A stretch of DNA of 64,000 nt from Hydrolagus affinis (Eukaryota), in NCBI GenBank assembly GCA_012026655.1, contig JAAILG010001453.1, positions 1 through 64,000 of the forward strand, in the 5' to 3' direction. The notes under the pieces were generated by a model. That model did not search any database. It was not told the origin of the DNA and was given only the letters and a program-made list of their open reading frames with translations. Positions 13,401 to 23,081 of this stretch are shown here, piece by piece; within the stretch, counting starts at the first letter, position 1; every line of letters begins with the position of its first letter. A program made the position numbers and the translations under genes.

Positions 13401-16400
13401 TGTAAAATATTCTAATTCATCCTCTCCCTTCTGAGTCTATGTCCCATGCATACTAACCATCTTCTATGTTATCAATGTGTTCTCATAGTGAGAATTATGC
13501 TTAAGGTGATTATAACAACATCAACAACAGCAGCAAAATTACACTTGTTTAGCGCCTTTCATGTCAGGAGGACTTCCCAAGGCACTGGACAGTCACTGCT
13601 TCAGACCTGAGCTGAGGACAGGTGGGGGGAGGGAAGTGGGGGATTAGGAGTTGCCGACGGGACCATTGAAGGGGAGAGTCATATAATTGATGAACCCATT
13701 TACAGAATGTCCAGTTCAATTGTATTTGCTTTGTGCAGATCCACTCTGGTGTCCTTACCTACTGCTTCCCAGATGCTGCCTGGCATTGAAAGCTTTCTTA
13801 TTACATCAACCGTGGAATGAACAGTACTCGCTGGACATTTTGCAAATGTAAGCAAGAACAGTTTCTTAATACTCTCTTTTATATCAGAGCGGGTCAGAAA
13901 GAATAACGCACATTTGTAGAGAAATCAAGATTTCACTCAGAGTACAATAACTCTTGTGCTTCGTATCAATCTTATGAGAATGTTGTAAAAATAAAATAGC
14001 AAACCCTGCATTAGACTCACAACATCTCAAAGCGCGTCATGGGATTTATTTTTGAGTGTAGTGACTGTATTTTTGTAGGCCAATGCAGCAGGCAATTTGA
14101 GCACAGTAGTTTGCTAGAAACTGTAATGAACGACCAGTTTTGTCTGAAGGATTGTCTATTGTGAACAAATTATTTAAAGCCATTGATAGGAATTTCTTGA
14201 CGACCTACTTTAATGTCAACTATGTATGTAGATGCACTTATAGATTGCACTGGTGTCCTCACCTCCTACTTTCCAGATGTTGCCTTGCATTGAAAGCTTT
14301 TGGATATCAGGCAGACGTATATCTTGCAAATGAGGGAACACTCCCTCAATCTCCCCTCCCTCTCTTCCTCTTTTTCAAGTCCTGCCTGAAACCCTTCCTT
14401 TTCGACCGTACTTAGGGTCACCTTCCTCCTTTAAATGGCAGGAACACATAGATGTATATGCAAATCTTATCGTATTTGACTTTTTTCTCTTGTCTCCTAC
14501 AGTGATTATTTAGAAAGTGAAGAAGTAAAATATCTCATCCAAGAGCAACTGAACTCTCTGTCAAAGTGAGTGAGGATTTATGTGAAAACATTAATGTTTT
14601 ATAGCTGTGCGACTGGGAGTTTTAAAATCAAATCTTTTGAACATGATATGTTACTGAGATCCTGTTGTTAAAGTAATCCCCTGGATACTGTCTCGCAATG
14701 CACCACAAGGTTTACTGTAAAGTGCAGTGACTGTGTATTTTGGACGTGATTGTGGCAGTCAGTTGGCGTTGCAGGAATGTGCCACAAACAGCCGTGAAGT
14801 AAACGATCAATTTTAGCTGGGAAAAGCACCAGGAGAAACCCCCTCCTCTTTTCCGTGGGATAGGTGCCATGGGATTGTTAGGCAGAGTGGGCCTCGGTTT
14901 AACATCTCAGTGGAAAGGTGCTGCCTAGATGACAAATGTAGAGCTTCAACTGTGAGCTCAAAAGTCCCGAAGAGGAGCTTAAACCCCCAAAACCTTCCGA
15001 CTTTGAGGCGAGTGTGCTGCTAACTGAGCCAATGCTGGTATTACACTGCATACTAATTCCACTTTTCTTCTGCAGTGACATGAAGAGTCTTTTCCTGGAT
15101 CCAGAATTCCACCTGTTGCAGAGATGCTTGCTAGTCGCCAGGTAATTTGAACTAAGGTAGATTAACATTACGCCCAAAGCGATGCGGAAAAAGACTGCTC
15201 GGTTACTTACTTGTGTCTTTTCATGTAAGAGAAATGTGTGTTGTCTCCATTTGAGAGAAGACGTGAATGGCGCTATACAAATGTAATTTTGTTGTTGTAC
15301 ATAATAGTTATATCTTTCTAAAGTCTCTTCATTTGGACCTTCAGAACAGTTGACACAGTCTTGATGACTACTTACTGAATTCCTCTTTTTTTGTTGTTTT
15401 CTCTCTTGTCCTCTCTCCGACCCCGAAAAAAAAAAATCGCAGGCTGTTTGGTGATGAGTCGGAGCTGCACTTTTGGACTATCGCTGCTCATTATTTACAT
15501 AGCTTCGCGCAAGGAAAACAGCGACTTCAACCCAATACCATTCCCGTTCACGAGAGTCAAGAAAACCCACTGGATATTTGCTGTGACATACTCTGTGAAA
15601 ATTCCTATTTCCAGGTATCTTGAACTGTGCCCCGGTTTAGTTTGGAGGAGAGAAGTAAATAACATGAAAGGGCTTTGAACTACAAGCGATTCCGCATCTG
15701 GATATGTTCCACAAATATGCCACACAATTTTCAATACATTTAAAAGACCCAAGAGAGTATGAAAGATTTGATATTGTTGCATTCATTTTTAAACTGAATG
15801 GCAAAACAGACACTTTATAACATGGGTCTACTGTGAGGCCATTAATGTAAAATGAAGTGCAGCATCTTGTTCAAAAATATATTTTGAGACTTTATTTTCA
15901 TTCGCGTTAAATTAGAAGGTGAAGCCCCTGTTTTAAAAACATCTCGCCTCCGATAAGATTTAACGGGATAGAGGAATTGGGATGTTTTCGTAACATAGCT
16001 TGATTTTTGCTCAGCTTCAAGTGCAGGTTTTAAAAAAGAACGTAATCTGAAGCCTTTGCCGTTTATCTACAGAGGTCACAGATCGAACGGGTTAATCTAC
16101 AAGAGGCAAAGAGAACCACATACGACCACACGAGGAAATGCGCAGACCAATTGCTCCTGCTAGGCCAGGTAGGAAATCCATCTCTACCTCAACCACAAAA
16201 ACACCCAACTTTGTAAAACACTCGTATTTTTCTGCAGGGCGATTACGATTATTTTGGTTTTAGGTTTAAACAAGACTATTTCATTGACTCCTTTTAAAGG
16301 GGCTTCCGTCAACCGCACAATTGTGAGTTTAAATGAGCATAATGCTATATTGAACTAAATGAGCTTAAAAGCACATTTAATATACATAGGTTTTTGAGAT

Positions 16401-18745
16401 GCTCTGTAAATTGTCCTAATTAATTCAGGCTTTCTAGTCGCTTATGCCGTGGATTCTATTATTGGCTGCCTGCTACAAGAAATAGCACAGCTAGATCAGC
16501 AAACAAAGTGTTAAAAAGATCCTCGCGAAAAGAGAAATGATGTTGTCTGATCTCATTATGTATGTTTGACAGACGGACAGAGCAGTACAGCTGCTGCTGG
16601 AGACCAGCGCAGAGAATCCAAGCTATTACTGTGACTCCCTGAAGGCTTGTCTGGTGACCACCATTACTTCTTCGGGTCCTTCCCAGAGTACTATCAAACT
16701 CGTTGCTACCAACATGATAGCTAATGGCAAGCTAGCAGGTAGAATTTCTCTCTTTATGTGTTCATGTGGAGTGTCTTCAAACTGGACCACTTTTGTCGTG
16801 GTTCGTTTGTGTCTTTGTGGGGGTGGGGGCGAGGTGGGGGTCTTCGGGTGGACGGGGAAAGTGGAGGCGTCACAATTGGACAGGCCTTCTACAAGCCGCT
16901 CACTCTGGTTACTGTTAGACTCCTTCTGTACACTGAGTGCGAGCAATCCACGGTTGTTTGTGGGACACCTCTGCACGCAATTGGCTGCCGCGTTTCGCCC
17001 ACAAAATATACAGTCAATTCACTTTACAATATGCTCGATGAAGCGCTTTGAGGCATCTAGAGAAGACGTGAAAAACGCTATATCAAATACAAGGATTATA
17101 ATTATTATTATTATGAAGCTCTCCGGGACGCTACCCCGCCTGAGTTAATTGTTGTTAACAATCTAGAATTGAATGCGCTTGGGACAATTGAGATAACGTC
17201 ATCCCAGAGCAAACACAGCACACCTTGTTTGGTGACATGACCACCTTTGATTGCTCTCCCACTGCCTGCCTGCGACAGTTGAAATTCACCATATCTCATT
17301 TATTGGCAGAAAAAAAAGAAGTCTAATAACAACAAAATTATATTTGTATAGTGCCTTTCACGTCGACATTCTCGCTGGCCTGGAGGATAAACGAGCCAGT
17401 CAATCAAGTTATTTAGAGTTGAAAGTGAATTGAAAGTGAATACTGCCCCAGAGAATGTCACTTCCTGGTCAATGCCATTCCTGAGAGCTGATCAGGATTC
17501 GAGCGCACAGGTCAAAACATGCAGAAAATATCGAGTTTCCACAATGCTGAAATCACAAAGAGTTTAGAAATACTAGTTAAACACGCTTTTGTCCTAAATA
17601 TCTATACTGTTATGCTTTCTTTCGTTGTATAATATTTTTCACGAGTAGACAGCTAGTCTACCCACACAACGTAATGTTTGCTAAACGCGAGTCAAGCTTT
17701 AAAACTACAGTGACTTGAGGTGCGGGAACAAGCCGCAACGGAAAGAGCCGTGCCAGCAGGCTTACTGTCGAGTTTTCTTTGCAAGCTGTGACCCAGATTC
17801 GGTCTCACGATTTATCTAACATTAGGTAGAACGAAAGAAAGCACCGGGGAGAAAATTTAAATTCCTCAGTTGAAATATTTACCGCGACCCTATGTTAATC
17901 TGTCAGGTTAAAGATTTATGATTCACCCGAGTTATCAATAGACATAACATAAAACATGCTTCTGTGGCTTTACCATTCTCAACACTAATGTGAGCCGAAA
18001 TATGAGAAACTTGAGTAGAGTAGTGTAGCAGTTTATCCCTTCACCTCTGGGATCCATATCAGTCAGATTTACGGGATGAAAGTGTCCTTTGAGGGTTCGG
18101 TTGTGTGTGAACGTGAGCTGAAGCCTAAACTTAGTTACTAGTTGTGTGGGTGGTGTGTTTATAGCACCCAGATGGCTGGTTTGGGAAGTAGAAAATGCTA
18201 TGGCGAAGGTGGGGTGATGTAGTGAAGTTGAGCCTGAGTTGTATAATTTTGGCAGCAACGAACGCAGGGACTTTACTCTGCATCAAACAATTCTGTAAAT
18301 GCTGGGTGCTGACACTGCGCGCTGGAGGAATTCCAGTTGTTACTATCCATACCATGAAGACCAGAAGAATACATTCTATTTATCAATTAGCACTAAATAT
18401 GCACAGCCTGGGATCGAATTGCCTTCAGGGGTAGAGCTATAACTGCGTGCACTCGTGTCAAGGTAGGGATATTGAAATTATTGAAATAATAACAGTAATA
18501 ATAATCCTTGCATTTGATAAAGCACTTTGCATGTCTTCTAGACGTCTCAAAGTTCTTCACAGAATACACTATAAAGTGAATTGACTGTATATATGTGGGC
18601 GAAACGCGGCAGCCGATTGCGCACAGCAGCGTCCCCACAAACACTCATGGATTGAAATGACCAATTTTATTATTGTTTGTTTTTTTCGAAGGATTGTTAT
18701 CCTGTGTGTGTTTGTGTGTGTGTGTGTGTGGTGTGTGTGTGTGTG

Positions 18746-18777
<32 letters not shown>

Positions 18778-21700
18778 AGTAAGGAAACTTGCCCAAGGTT
18801 TCGCCCTGACCTGGATTATTCCGGATCAGTGCCCACGTGACGCATCAGCTCCCACTATATCCACTAGCGTCCAATGCCTACAAATCAGTCTGAAATCACA
18901 GTACATTACTATCGTCTGACTGTATTGACTCCGCTGTGTTTTACTCATGTAGAAGGAGTCCAGCTGCTTTGCCTAATTGATAAGGCCGCAGATGCTTGTC
19001 GGTACCTGCAAACCTATGGGGAGTGGAATCGAGCTGCCTGGCTCGCAAAGGCAAGTGTCCCATAATTCATTTTAGATTTAGGGACGAGACAGAGGCAAGT
19101 GCCGTTTCCAGAGAATATCTAATAATAGACGTTTTAATTTTGATAAGATGTCAATTACGGATTTCTTTAATCAATGTTCTGGGCCAATAATTTCCCATGT
19201 TGGTTATTTAAAGGTTACATTAAAAGCTCAACAAAAACAGACCCTCTTAATATGTTTTGTTAATTCAGTTAAGCCAGATGCCTTGATACAGATCTGGATT
19301 TTTTTTTTATGTGGCTCTTACGAAAACTTGCTTTCAATTAAATTTGTTATCAAATCTTAGATATTAAGCACCAGACTGAAAGGCCTCTTTGTTGTTCCCA
19401 ATTTTAGTTGGATTTTAATTACTTTATTTCTACACAGCTGCTTTTTTTGTTTTTTGCATATTAGAATACATCCCACGAAAATGAAAACAATCAAAGCGTA
19501 CAAACTCGGCGAGACAGGATAATGCGTTCTTATTACGCATTTAATCTAGTTCTTAATCTAGTCCAGGATAGAAGCAAAGCTTCTGTTAAGTGCAGGAGTT
19601 TATTTGAACCAGCAATTCACTTCTGAAAAACCATGACGCTGTCTTTACGAGATTTTTTTAATCTACCAAATCGCACAATCGATGGAAGAATAATCTACAT
19701 GAACCATTTCTTGCCTATAGTACCTCATATCACTTAAAAGCCATTTCAAAGATAAGAATCTAATAATCCTTGCATTTGATATAGCGCCTTACCACGTCTT
19801 CGAGACGTCTCGAAGCACAGAGAATATACTATGAAGTGAATTGAATAAAGATGATATTGATCGTAGTATAAAGGGAGGAGTAGGATTTTTGCTTTTGTTA
19901 TCCATTTACTTTGCTGCTCCCAAATTCTCTCATATGCTTAGTTGGAAGATTTGGATCATCTTCAGGTGGTTTCTTCAGGTGTGGTGAATGGTGAACTTTA
20001 GTCAGGGAGATTATGTGAATGGTGTATAAAGACAACTCTAATATCCATCAGATTCTTCAGGAACAATATAGATGGTGACTGAATGTAAATGTCTCCACGA
20101 AGACTGGAATTCATATTCGGAAGTCTTCTGCTGGGAAGCTTAAGATTCAGCGGTTGCAGAGTGTTATCTGTTCACAGTCGATGTCATTAAATTCCTCAGA
20201 AATCTTAACTTGCTGCTGTGAAAATTGTCATGGAATCCATTTGCTCGGAGAAAATTATTTATTTCAACGCCTGCTGCAGCAGCCCACATTTGAAGTGGAC
20301 CTGCCTCATTCTTCCTTTCTCCCCTAAAGGTGCGTCTCAACCCAGAGGAATGTGCAGAAGTAATCAAGCGATGGGTAGACCATCTCTGTTCACCCCAGGT
20401 GAACCAGAAATCTAAGGCCATTCTGGTCTTCCTCTCGTTAGGCTGTTTTAGGAAAGTCGCAGAAATGTTGCACAGGTAAGAACAACAAAATGACTCTTGT
20501 ATAGCGCCTTTCACTTCAGGAGGATGTCCCAAGGCGATGGACAATCACTGTTTCATACCCGAGCTGGGGACAGAAGGTGGGGGGGAGAGGGAATGCGAGG
20601 CCGATGGATCCATCGAAGAGAGTCTTGAGGCAAGATTTGAAGGAGGCAAGGGAGGGGGCGAGGCGGAGGGACTGCAAGATGGAGTTCCAGAGGTTGGGGG
20701 CAAAGTGGCTAAAGGCTCGCATGCCAATGGTGGGGCGGGTGGGTTGGGGACGTGGAGCAGGCCAGAGACTGCTGAGTGGAGGGGGCGGGTTGGTAAGGGG
20801 TTAGGAGGTCATGGATGTAGGGTGGGGCAAAGTTGTGGAGGGCTTTAAATGTGAGGACCAGGATCTCTGGATGATGGGAAGCCAATGGAGTCAGGCGAGG
20901 AAGTGCGGTTTCTTTTATTTGGAGAATATGTTTGTAACTACTGTACACTGCAATTCAAGATATTTTACGAAAAGCTGTGATGGTTTGAATTACAACTGAA
21001 AGTATGTTACAGTCGTGATATTTTAGGATCTTTTCTCTTTGCAGATCTGTTTTTTTTTTAATCTGATTAAATTAAAAGTTAAATAATGCTGTGTGATTTC
21101 TTGTGTTTTATTTCAGCATGCGGTATTTTGACAGAGCTGCACTCTTCCTGGAGGCTTGCCTCAAATATGGGGTCTTTGAAATCGATGAAAGCACAAATAT
21201 CCTTTTTATTCGAAAAATTCCAAAGAAAAAGACAGTGTGATGGCTGCACTTGATGCTTCGTTTGACCACTTATAAAGTGCTCATTACATAATATATATTT
21301 CTCAAAATATATCTTGATACGAATGTATCTGGGTTATATATTCAAAGCAAAAGTGGCTAATCCATCCGTAAAGCAATGTTTTGTCACACACTGCAATGCT
21401 GTTTTGGTAATAATCCTTGCATTTGAAACAGCGCTTTTCACGTCTTCTAGACGTCTCAGATATCCCGACACCAACTATTCCAGTGGCCTCCTTGAGTGAA
21501 ATTACCCATTTAATGCCATTTTTTAGACAGGTTTGTGTGATATGGCCTCATAGCGATTAGGAACAAGAGTTGAACTGCCCGACTCATCAGAGAGAAAAGG
21601 CTTTCATCCCATCCATCATTCGTACGTGGGGAGTGGGGAAAGTTTGGGGTTTTAAAGTAGAATTCAGTGGCATGAATGAATACACAAGCTCCAAAACCTA

Positions 21701-23081
21701 AATTCCGTGGTAAGGACTTCAATACCTGCTCAATGTGGCTCAAGAGAAGAATAGTGTTTTTTTGCATCGAGGAATAATTTGTGACTGCTGGCTGATGAAA
21801 CTGCAGCATCTAACTAACTACCAGGAACAATCTATAGGAATAATTCGAAGGATAAACATGTAGGAACAATTACACAAGAAAATCTTACTCTATTAGCTTG
21901 AGGATAATATTTTTATTATTATTAAATATTATTTATATCAGCTATTATATTATTAGCTCGGGTACAAGCCCTTCACTGTCCAGTGCCTCGGGACTCAATC
22001 ACTACATGAAAGGCATAAATACAATTATTGTATAAATACAATTTGTTGTTATGTTTCTTCTATTCTTTTAGAACATATTTGTGTTTAGCTGTTAAACATA
22101 CCCCCCCAAGATAATTGCGTATTGTCAAGTGAGATGCTTTTCGCGCTTTTTTACATACTGTTCCACATTACTACAACATCTGAAGATTGTCACAGTGTGT
22201 AATACAACACTTTACAACAACAACAACAAATTACACTTATAAAGCGTCTTTCACGTCGGGAGGAATACTCTCATCTGGCCTGCTATTAGTGTCTACATCA
22301 AAATCATTTGCATGTGAAAGAAAAACTGATTGATTTCAATCAGGGGACCCCAGGTATTATAACAATGTTCTATTACAGTATATTTGTGGAGCTCCTGTAG
22401 CTCAGTGGTTAGAACACTCGCCTTACAAGTGTGAGACCTGTGTTTGAATCCAGGCAGAGCAGGGTGAAACCGTGGGCAAGTTTCCTTACTCCATACCCTT
22501 AATAATAAAACCTTGAAAAAACAATAAATTGGTAATTTCAATCCACGACTGTTTGTGGGGGACGCTGCTGTGCACAATTGGCTGCCGCGTTTCGCCCACA
22601 ACTATACAGTCAATTCACTTTACAATATATTCTGTGAAGCGCTTTGAGACGTTTAGAAGACATGATAAGTGTTATATAAAATGCAGGGATTATTATATTA
22701 TTATTATTATCCGAATAGCAATCCCCAACATAAAAACAACAGCACAAGTTTATAATTGAATGATATCACTGCCTATTTTGAGGGTTAATATGGGTAGTTG
22801 TATTGATAGAAAATGCATTATGTTAGCGTCTTTAAAGGAAAAAAAATTGCGTGTTAAATAATTTGCATCGAACAAAGTCGATATGACCCAATTTTATTCT
22901 CCTTAATGCGACTTCACCAAAATTTTGCAATTCAGTGTATGCAGATTACGGAAGGTACTTGAAGATGCTGTGCCTAAGGGAAGGAGCGATTCTCTTCTCC
23001 GCAAAGGGAGGAGACGCGGGTTCTGAGTTGCTTAAGGAACTACAGTACGGTAAAGAAGATAAATCCGCTTCCGTTTTGTGA
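1066..23081 (+). CDS. WDR11: WDR11 (WD repeat-containing protein 11), 3' part; 18 spliced coding exons, 5' exons lie upstream of the window
   Basis: 18 exons with valid splice dinucleotides join in phase into one frame ending at TGA 23079-23081. Peptides such as GIEWVSLTSFLSFATSTPNNLGLVRNELQLVDLPTG, EWSPSHNLKSLRKKQL and TDRAVQLLLETSA are recognisable WDR11. Confidence 0.97.
2975..3290 (+). mobile_element. Near full-length tRNA-derived SINE (Deu-type 3' half, L2-like tail)
   Basis: Head gccttacaagcgtgaga, body ccttgggcaagtttccttactcc, motif gctgctgtgcgcaattggctgcc, tail tgcaaggat(tat)n. Confidence 0.9.
3753..3828 (+). CDS. WDR11: WDR11 exon (~exon 13), 76 nt
   Basis: ttcctcag|GA AGA AGT...CTA AA|gtaagt; (G)RSIAFRGERGNDEPPIEMIKVSHLK. 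Confidence 0.95.
4102..4181 (+). mobile_element. SINE 3' fragment abutting the exon 14 acceptor
   Basis: gtatattctgtgaagcgctttgagacg...tgcaaggattattattatt. Confidence 0.88.
4195..4303 (+). CDS. WDR11: WDR11 exon (~exon 14), 109 nt
   Basis: ttgttcag|G CAG TAT...GCA TTG|gtaagg; QYLVIAFKEKPLELWDIRTCTLLREMSKNFPAVTAL. Confidence 0.95.
4345..4790 (+). mobile_element. Old Deu-domain SINE segment (AmnSINE1/SacSINE1-like) followed by a 3' half of the dominant SINE
   Basis: ggttgtggattcaaagccac...ctccaatgcagt...cattgtcggaggtgccgt...cccgtctacctgttt resembles the Deu domain as I recall it, followed by the standard 3' half. Confidence 0.7.
4843..5010 (-). mobile_element. CR1-clade LINE 3' end fragment
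   Basis: (taagaaca)n tail then ttaggagcaggaataagccattcagcccctcgagcctgc; a related copy lies at 28500-28678. Confidence 0.8.
5420..5544 (+). CDS. WDR11: WDR11 exon (~exon 15), 125 nt
   Basis: ttccatag|GAG TGG...ATC AG|gtgaca; EWSPSHNLKSLRKKQLAAREAIARQTAVSDMETSSVESSMIS. Confidence 0.95.
6328..6475 (+). CDS. WDR11: WDR11 exon (~exon 16), 148 nt
   Basis: ttttccag|T TTG CTG...CCT GAT|gtaagt; LLQEAESKSEITQNISAREHFVFTDNDGQVYHLTVEGNLVKDGARIPPD. Confidence 0.95.
7250..7445 (+). mobile_element. SINE 5' half with tRNA-like head
   Basis: A box tggctcagtgg, B-box-like gatttgaatcc, then ccttggacaagtttccttactcc. Confidence 0.88.
7603..7709 (+). CDS. WDR11: WDR11 exon (~exon 17), 107 nt
   Basis: atttgcag|GGC AGC ATG...TCA AG|gtaatc; GSMGSITCIAWKGDTLVLGDSDGNLNFWDLKARLSR (WD repeat). 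Confidence 0.95.
10034..10148 (+). CDS. WDR11: WDR11 exon (~exon 18), 115 nt
   Basis: gttaatag|A GGA ATT...AAG GAG|gtagtc; GIPTHRGWVKKIRFAPGKGNQKLLAMFNDGAEVWDTKE. Confidence 0.95.
10500..10758. mobile_element. Non-autonomous TcMar-Tigger (MER6-like) DNA transposon relic
   Basis: TA-flanked imperfect terminal inverted repeats (cacttagtcctcgcataatgtc / caacgttaagtgatgtctact) and repeated subterminal aaacaacgtt motifs. Confidence 0.7.
10819..10990 (+). CDS. WDR11: WDR11 exon (~exon 19), 172 nt
   Basis: attgttag|ATT CAG ATG...GCA G|gtagga; IQMVSSLRTGRNVNYKVLDVDWCSSDKVVLAADDGCIRVLEMAMKSASYRIDEQELA. Confidence 0.93.
11385..11560 (+). mobile_element. SINE 3' half
   Basis: catttcaatccacgg...gctgctgtgcgcaattggctg...tgcaaggatgattatt. 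Confidence 0.88.
11700..12300 (-). mobile_element. Old degenerate CR1-like LINE fragment
   Basis: Degenerate RT C-terminal nucleotide patterns (acccactcagcacctgg, ccacacatttgccaaagcc, gaagagtgcagtcccctttt) without an intact ORF. Confidence 0.4.
12308..12480 (-). mobile_element. SINE 3' half
   Basis: Reverse complement of the family 3' half. Confidence 0.87.
13739..13847 (+). CDS. WDR11: WDR11 exon (~exon 20), 109 nt
   Basis: ttgtgcag|AT CCA CTC TGG...CAA AT|gtaagc; DPLWCPYLLLPRCCLALKAFLLHQPWNEQYSLDILQI. Confidence 0.94.
14242..14310 (+). pseudogene. Decayed partial duplicate of WDR11 exon 20 inside intron 20
   Basis: 14251-14300 matches 13747-13796 at 44/50 nt (WCPHLLLSRCCLALKAF vs WCPYLLLPRCCLALKAF). 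The acceptor AG is retained but is 1 nt out of frame. Confidence 0.85.
14503..14565 (+). CDS. WDR11: WDR11 exon (~exon 21), 63 nt
   Basis: ctcctacag|T GAT TAT...TCA AA|gtgagt; DYLESEEVKYLIQEQLNSLSN. Confidence 0.93.
14690..15035 (-). mobile_element. Old Deu-domain SINE
   Basis: gtgccatgggatt...gggcctcggtttaacatctca...gactttgaggcgagtgtgctgctaactgagcca is the reverse of a tRNA head plus Deu domain. Confidence 0.7.
15076..15141 (+). CDS. WDR11: WDR11 exon (~exon 22), 66 nt
   Basis: ttctgcag|T GAC ATG...GCC AG|gtaatt; DMKSLFLDPEFHLLQRCLLVAR. Confidence 0.94.
15443..15614 (+). CDS. WDR11: WDR11 exon (~exon 23), 172 nt
   Basis: aatcgcag|G CTG TTT GGT...TTC CAG|gtatct; LFGDESELHFWTIAAHYLHSFAQGKQRLQPNTIPVHESQENPLDICCDILCENSYFQ. 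Confidence 0.93.
16073..16168 (+). CDS. WDR11: WDR11 exon (~exon 24), 96 nt
   Basis: atctacag|AGG TCA CAG...GGC CAG|gtagga; RSQIERVNLQEAKRTTYDHTRKCADQLLLLGQ. Confidence 0.94.
16573..16738 (+). CDS. WDR11: WDR11 exon (~exon 25), 166 nt
   Basis: tttgacag|ACG GAC AGA...GCA G|gtagaa; TDRAVQLLLETSAENPSYYCDSLKACLVTTITSSGPSQSTIKLVATNMIANGKLA. Confidence 0.95.
16945..17112 (+). mobile_element. SINE 3' half
   Basis: caatccacgg...caattggctgccgcgtttcgcccac...aaggattataattatt. Confidence 0.88.
18485..18815 (-). mobile_element. SINE with internal (TG)n expansion
   Basis: Reverse family consensus with (TG)n at about 18703-18775. Confidence 0.9.
18953..19050 (+). CDS. WDR11: WDR11 exon (~exon 26), 98 nt, followed by a GC donor
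   Basis: tcatgtag|AA GGA GTC...GCA AAG|gcaagt; EGVQLLCLIDKAADACRYLQTYGEWNRAAWLAK. Confidence 0.93.
20330..20475 (+). CDS. WDR11: WDR11 exon (~exon 27), 146 nt
   Basis: ccctaaag|GTG CGT CTC...CAC AG|gtaaga; VRLNPEECAEVIKRWVDHLCSPQVNQKSKAILVFLSLGCFRKVAEMLHS. Confidence 0.95.
20481..20900 (-). mobile_element. L2-clade LINE 3' fragment (ORF2 C-terminus plus 3' UTR)
   Basis: Minus-strand translation ILVLTFKALHNFAPPYIHDLL...RAFSHFAPNLWNSILQSLRLAPSLASFKSCLKTLF is typical of the L2 ORF2 end; (ttg)n tail. Confidence 0.88.
21117..21196 (+). CDS. WDR11: WDR11 exon (~exon 28), 80 nt, followed by a U12 AT donor
   Basis: tatttcag|C ATG CGG TAT...AGC ACA A|atatcctttt; MRYFDRAALFLEACLKYGVFEIDEST. Confidence 0.93.
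21197..22917 (+). other. WDR11: U12-type (minor spliceosome) AT-AC intron, last intron of WDR11
   Basis: 5' end ATATCCTTT matches the U12 donor consensus. Branch site TTCTCCTTAAT at 22897-22907, and the intron ends in TTCAC at 22917. Splicing here restores the frame. Confidence 0.92.
22386..22710 (+). mobile_element. Full-length SINE inside the U12 intron
   Basis: gtggagctcctgtagctcagtggttagaacactcgccttacaag...tgcagggattattat. Confidence 0.92.
22918..23081 (+). CDS. WDR11: WDR11 last coding exon (~exon 29), ending at TGA
   Basis: cttcac|CA AAA TTT...GTT TTG TGA; (T)KFCNSVYADYGRYLKMLCLREGAILFSAKGGDAGSELLKELQYGKEDKSASVL*. Confidence 0.9.
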
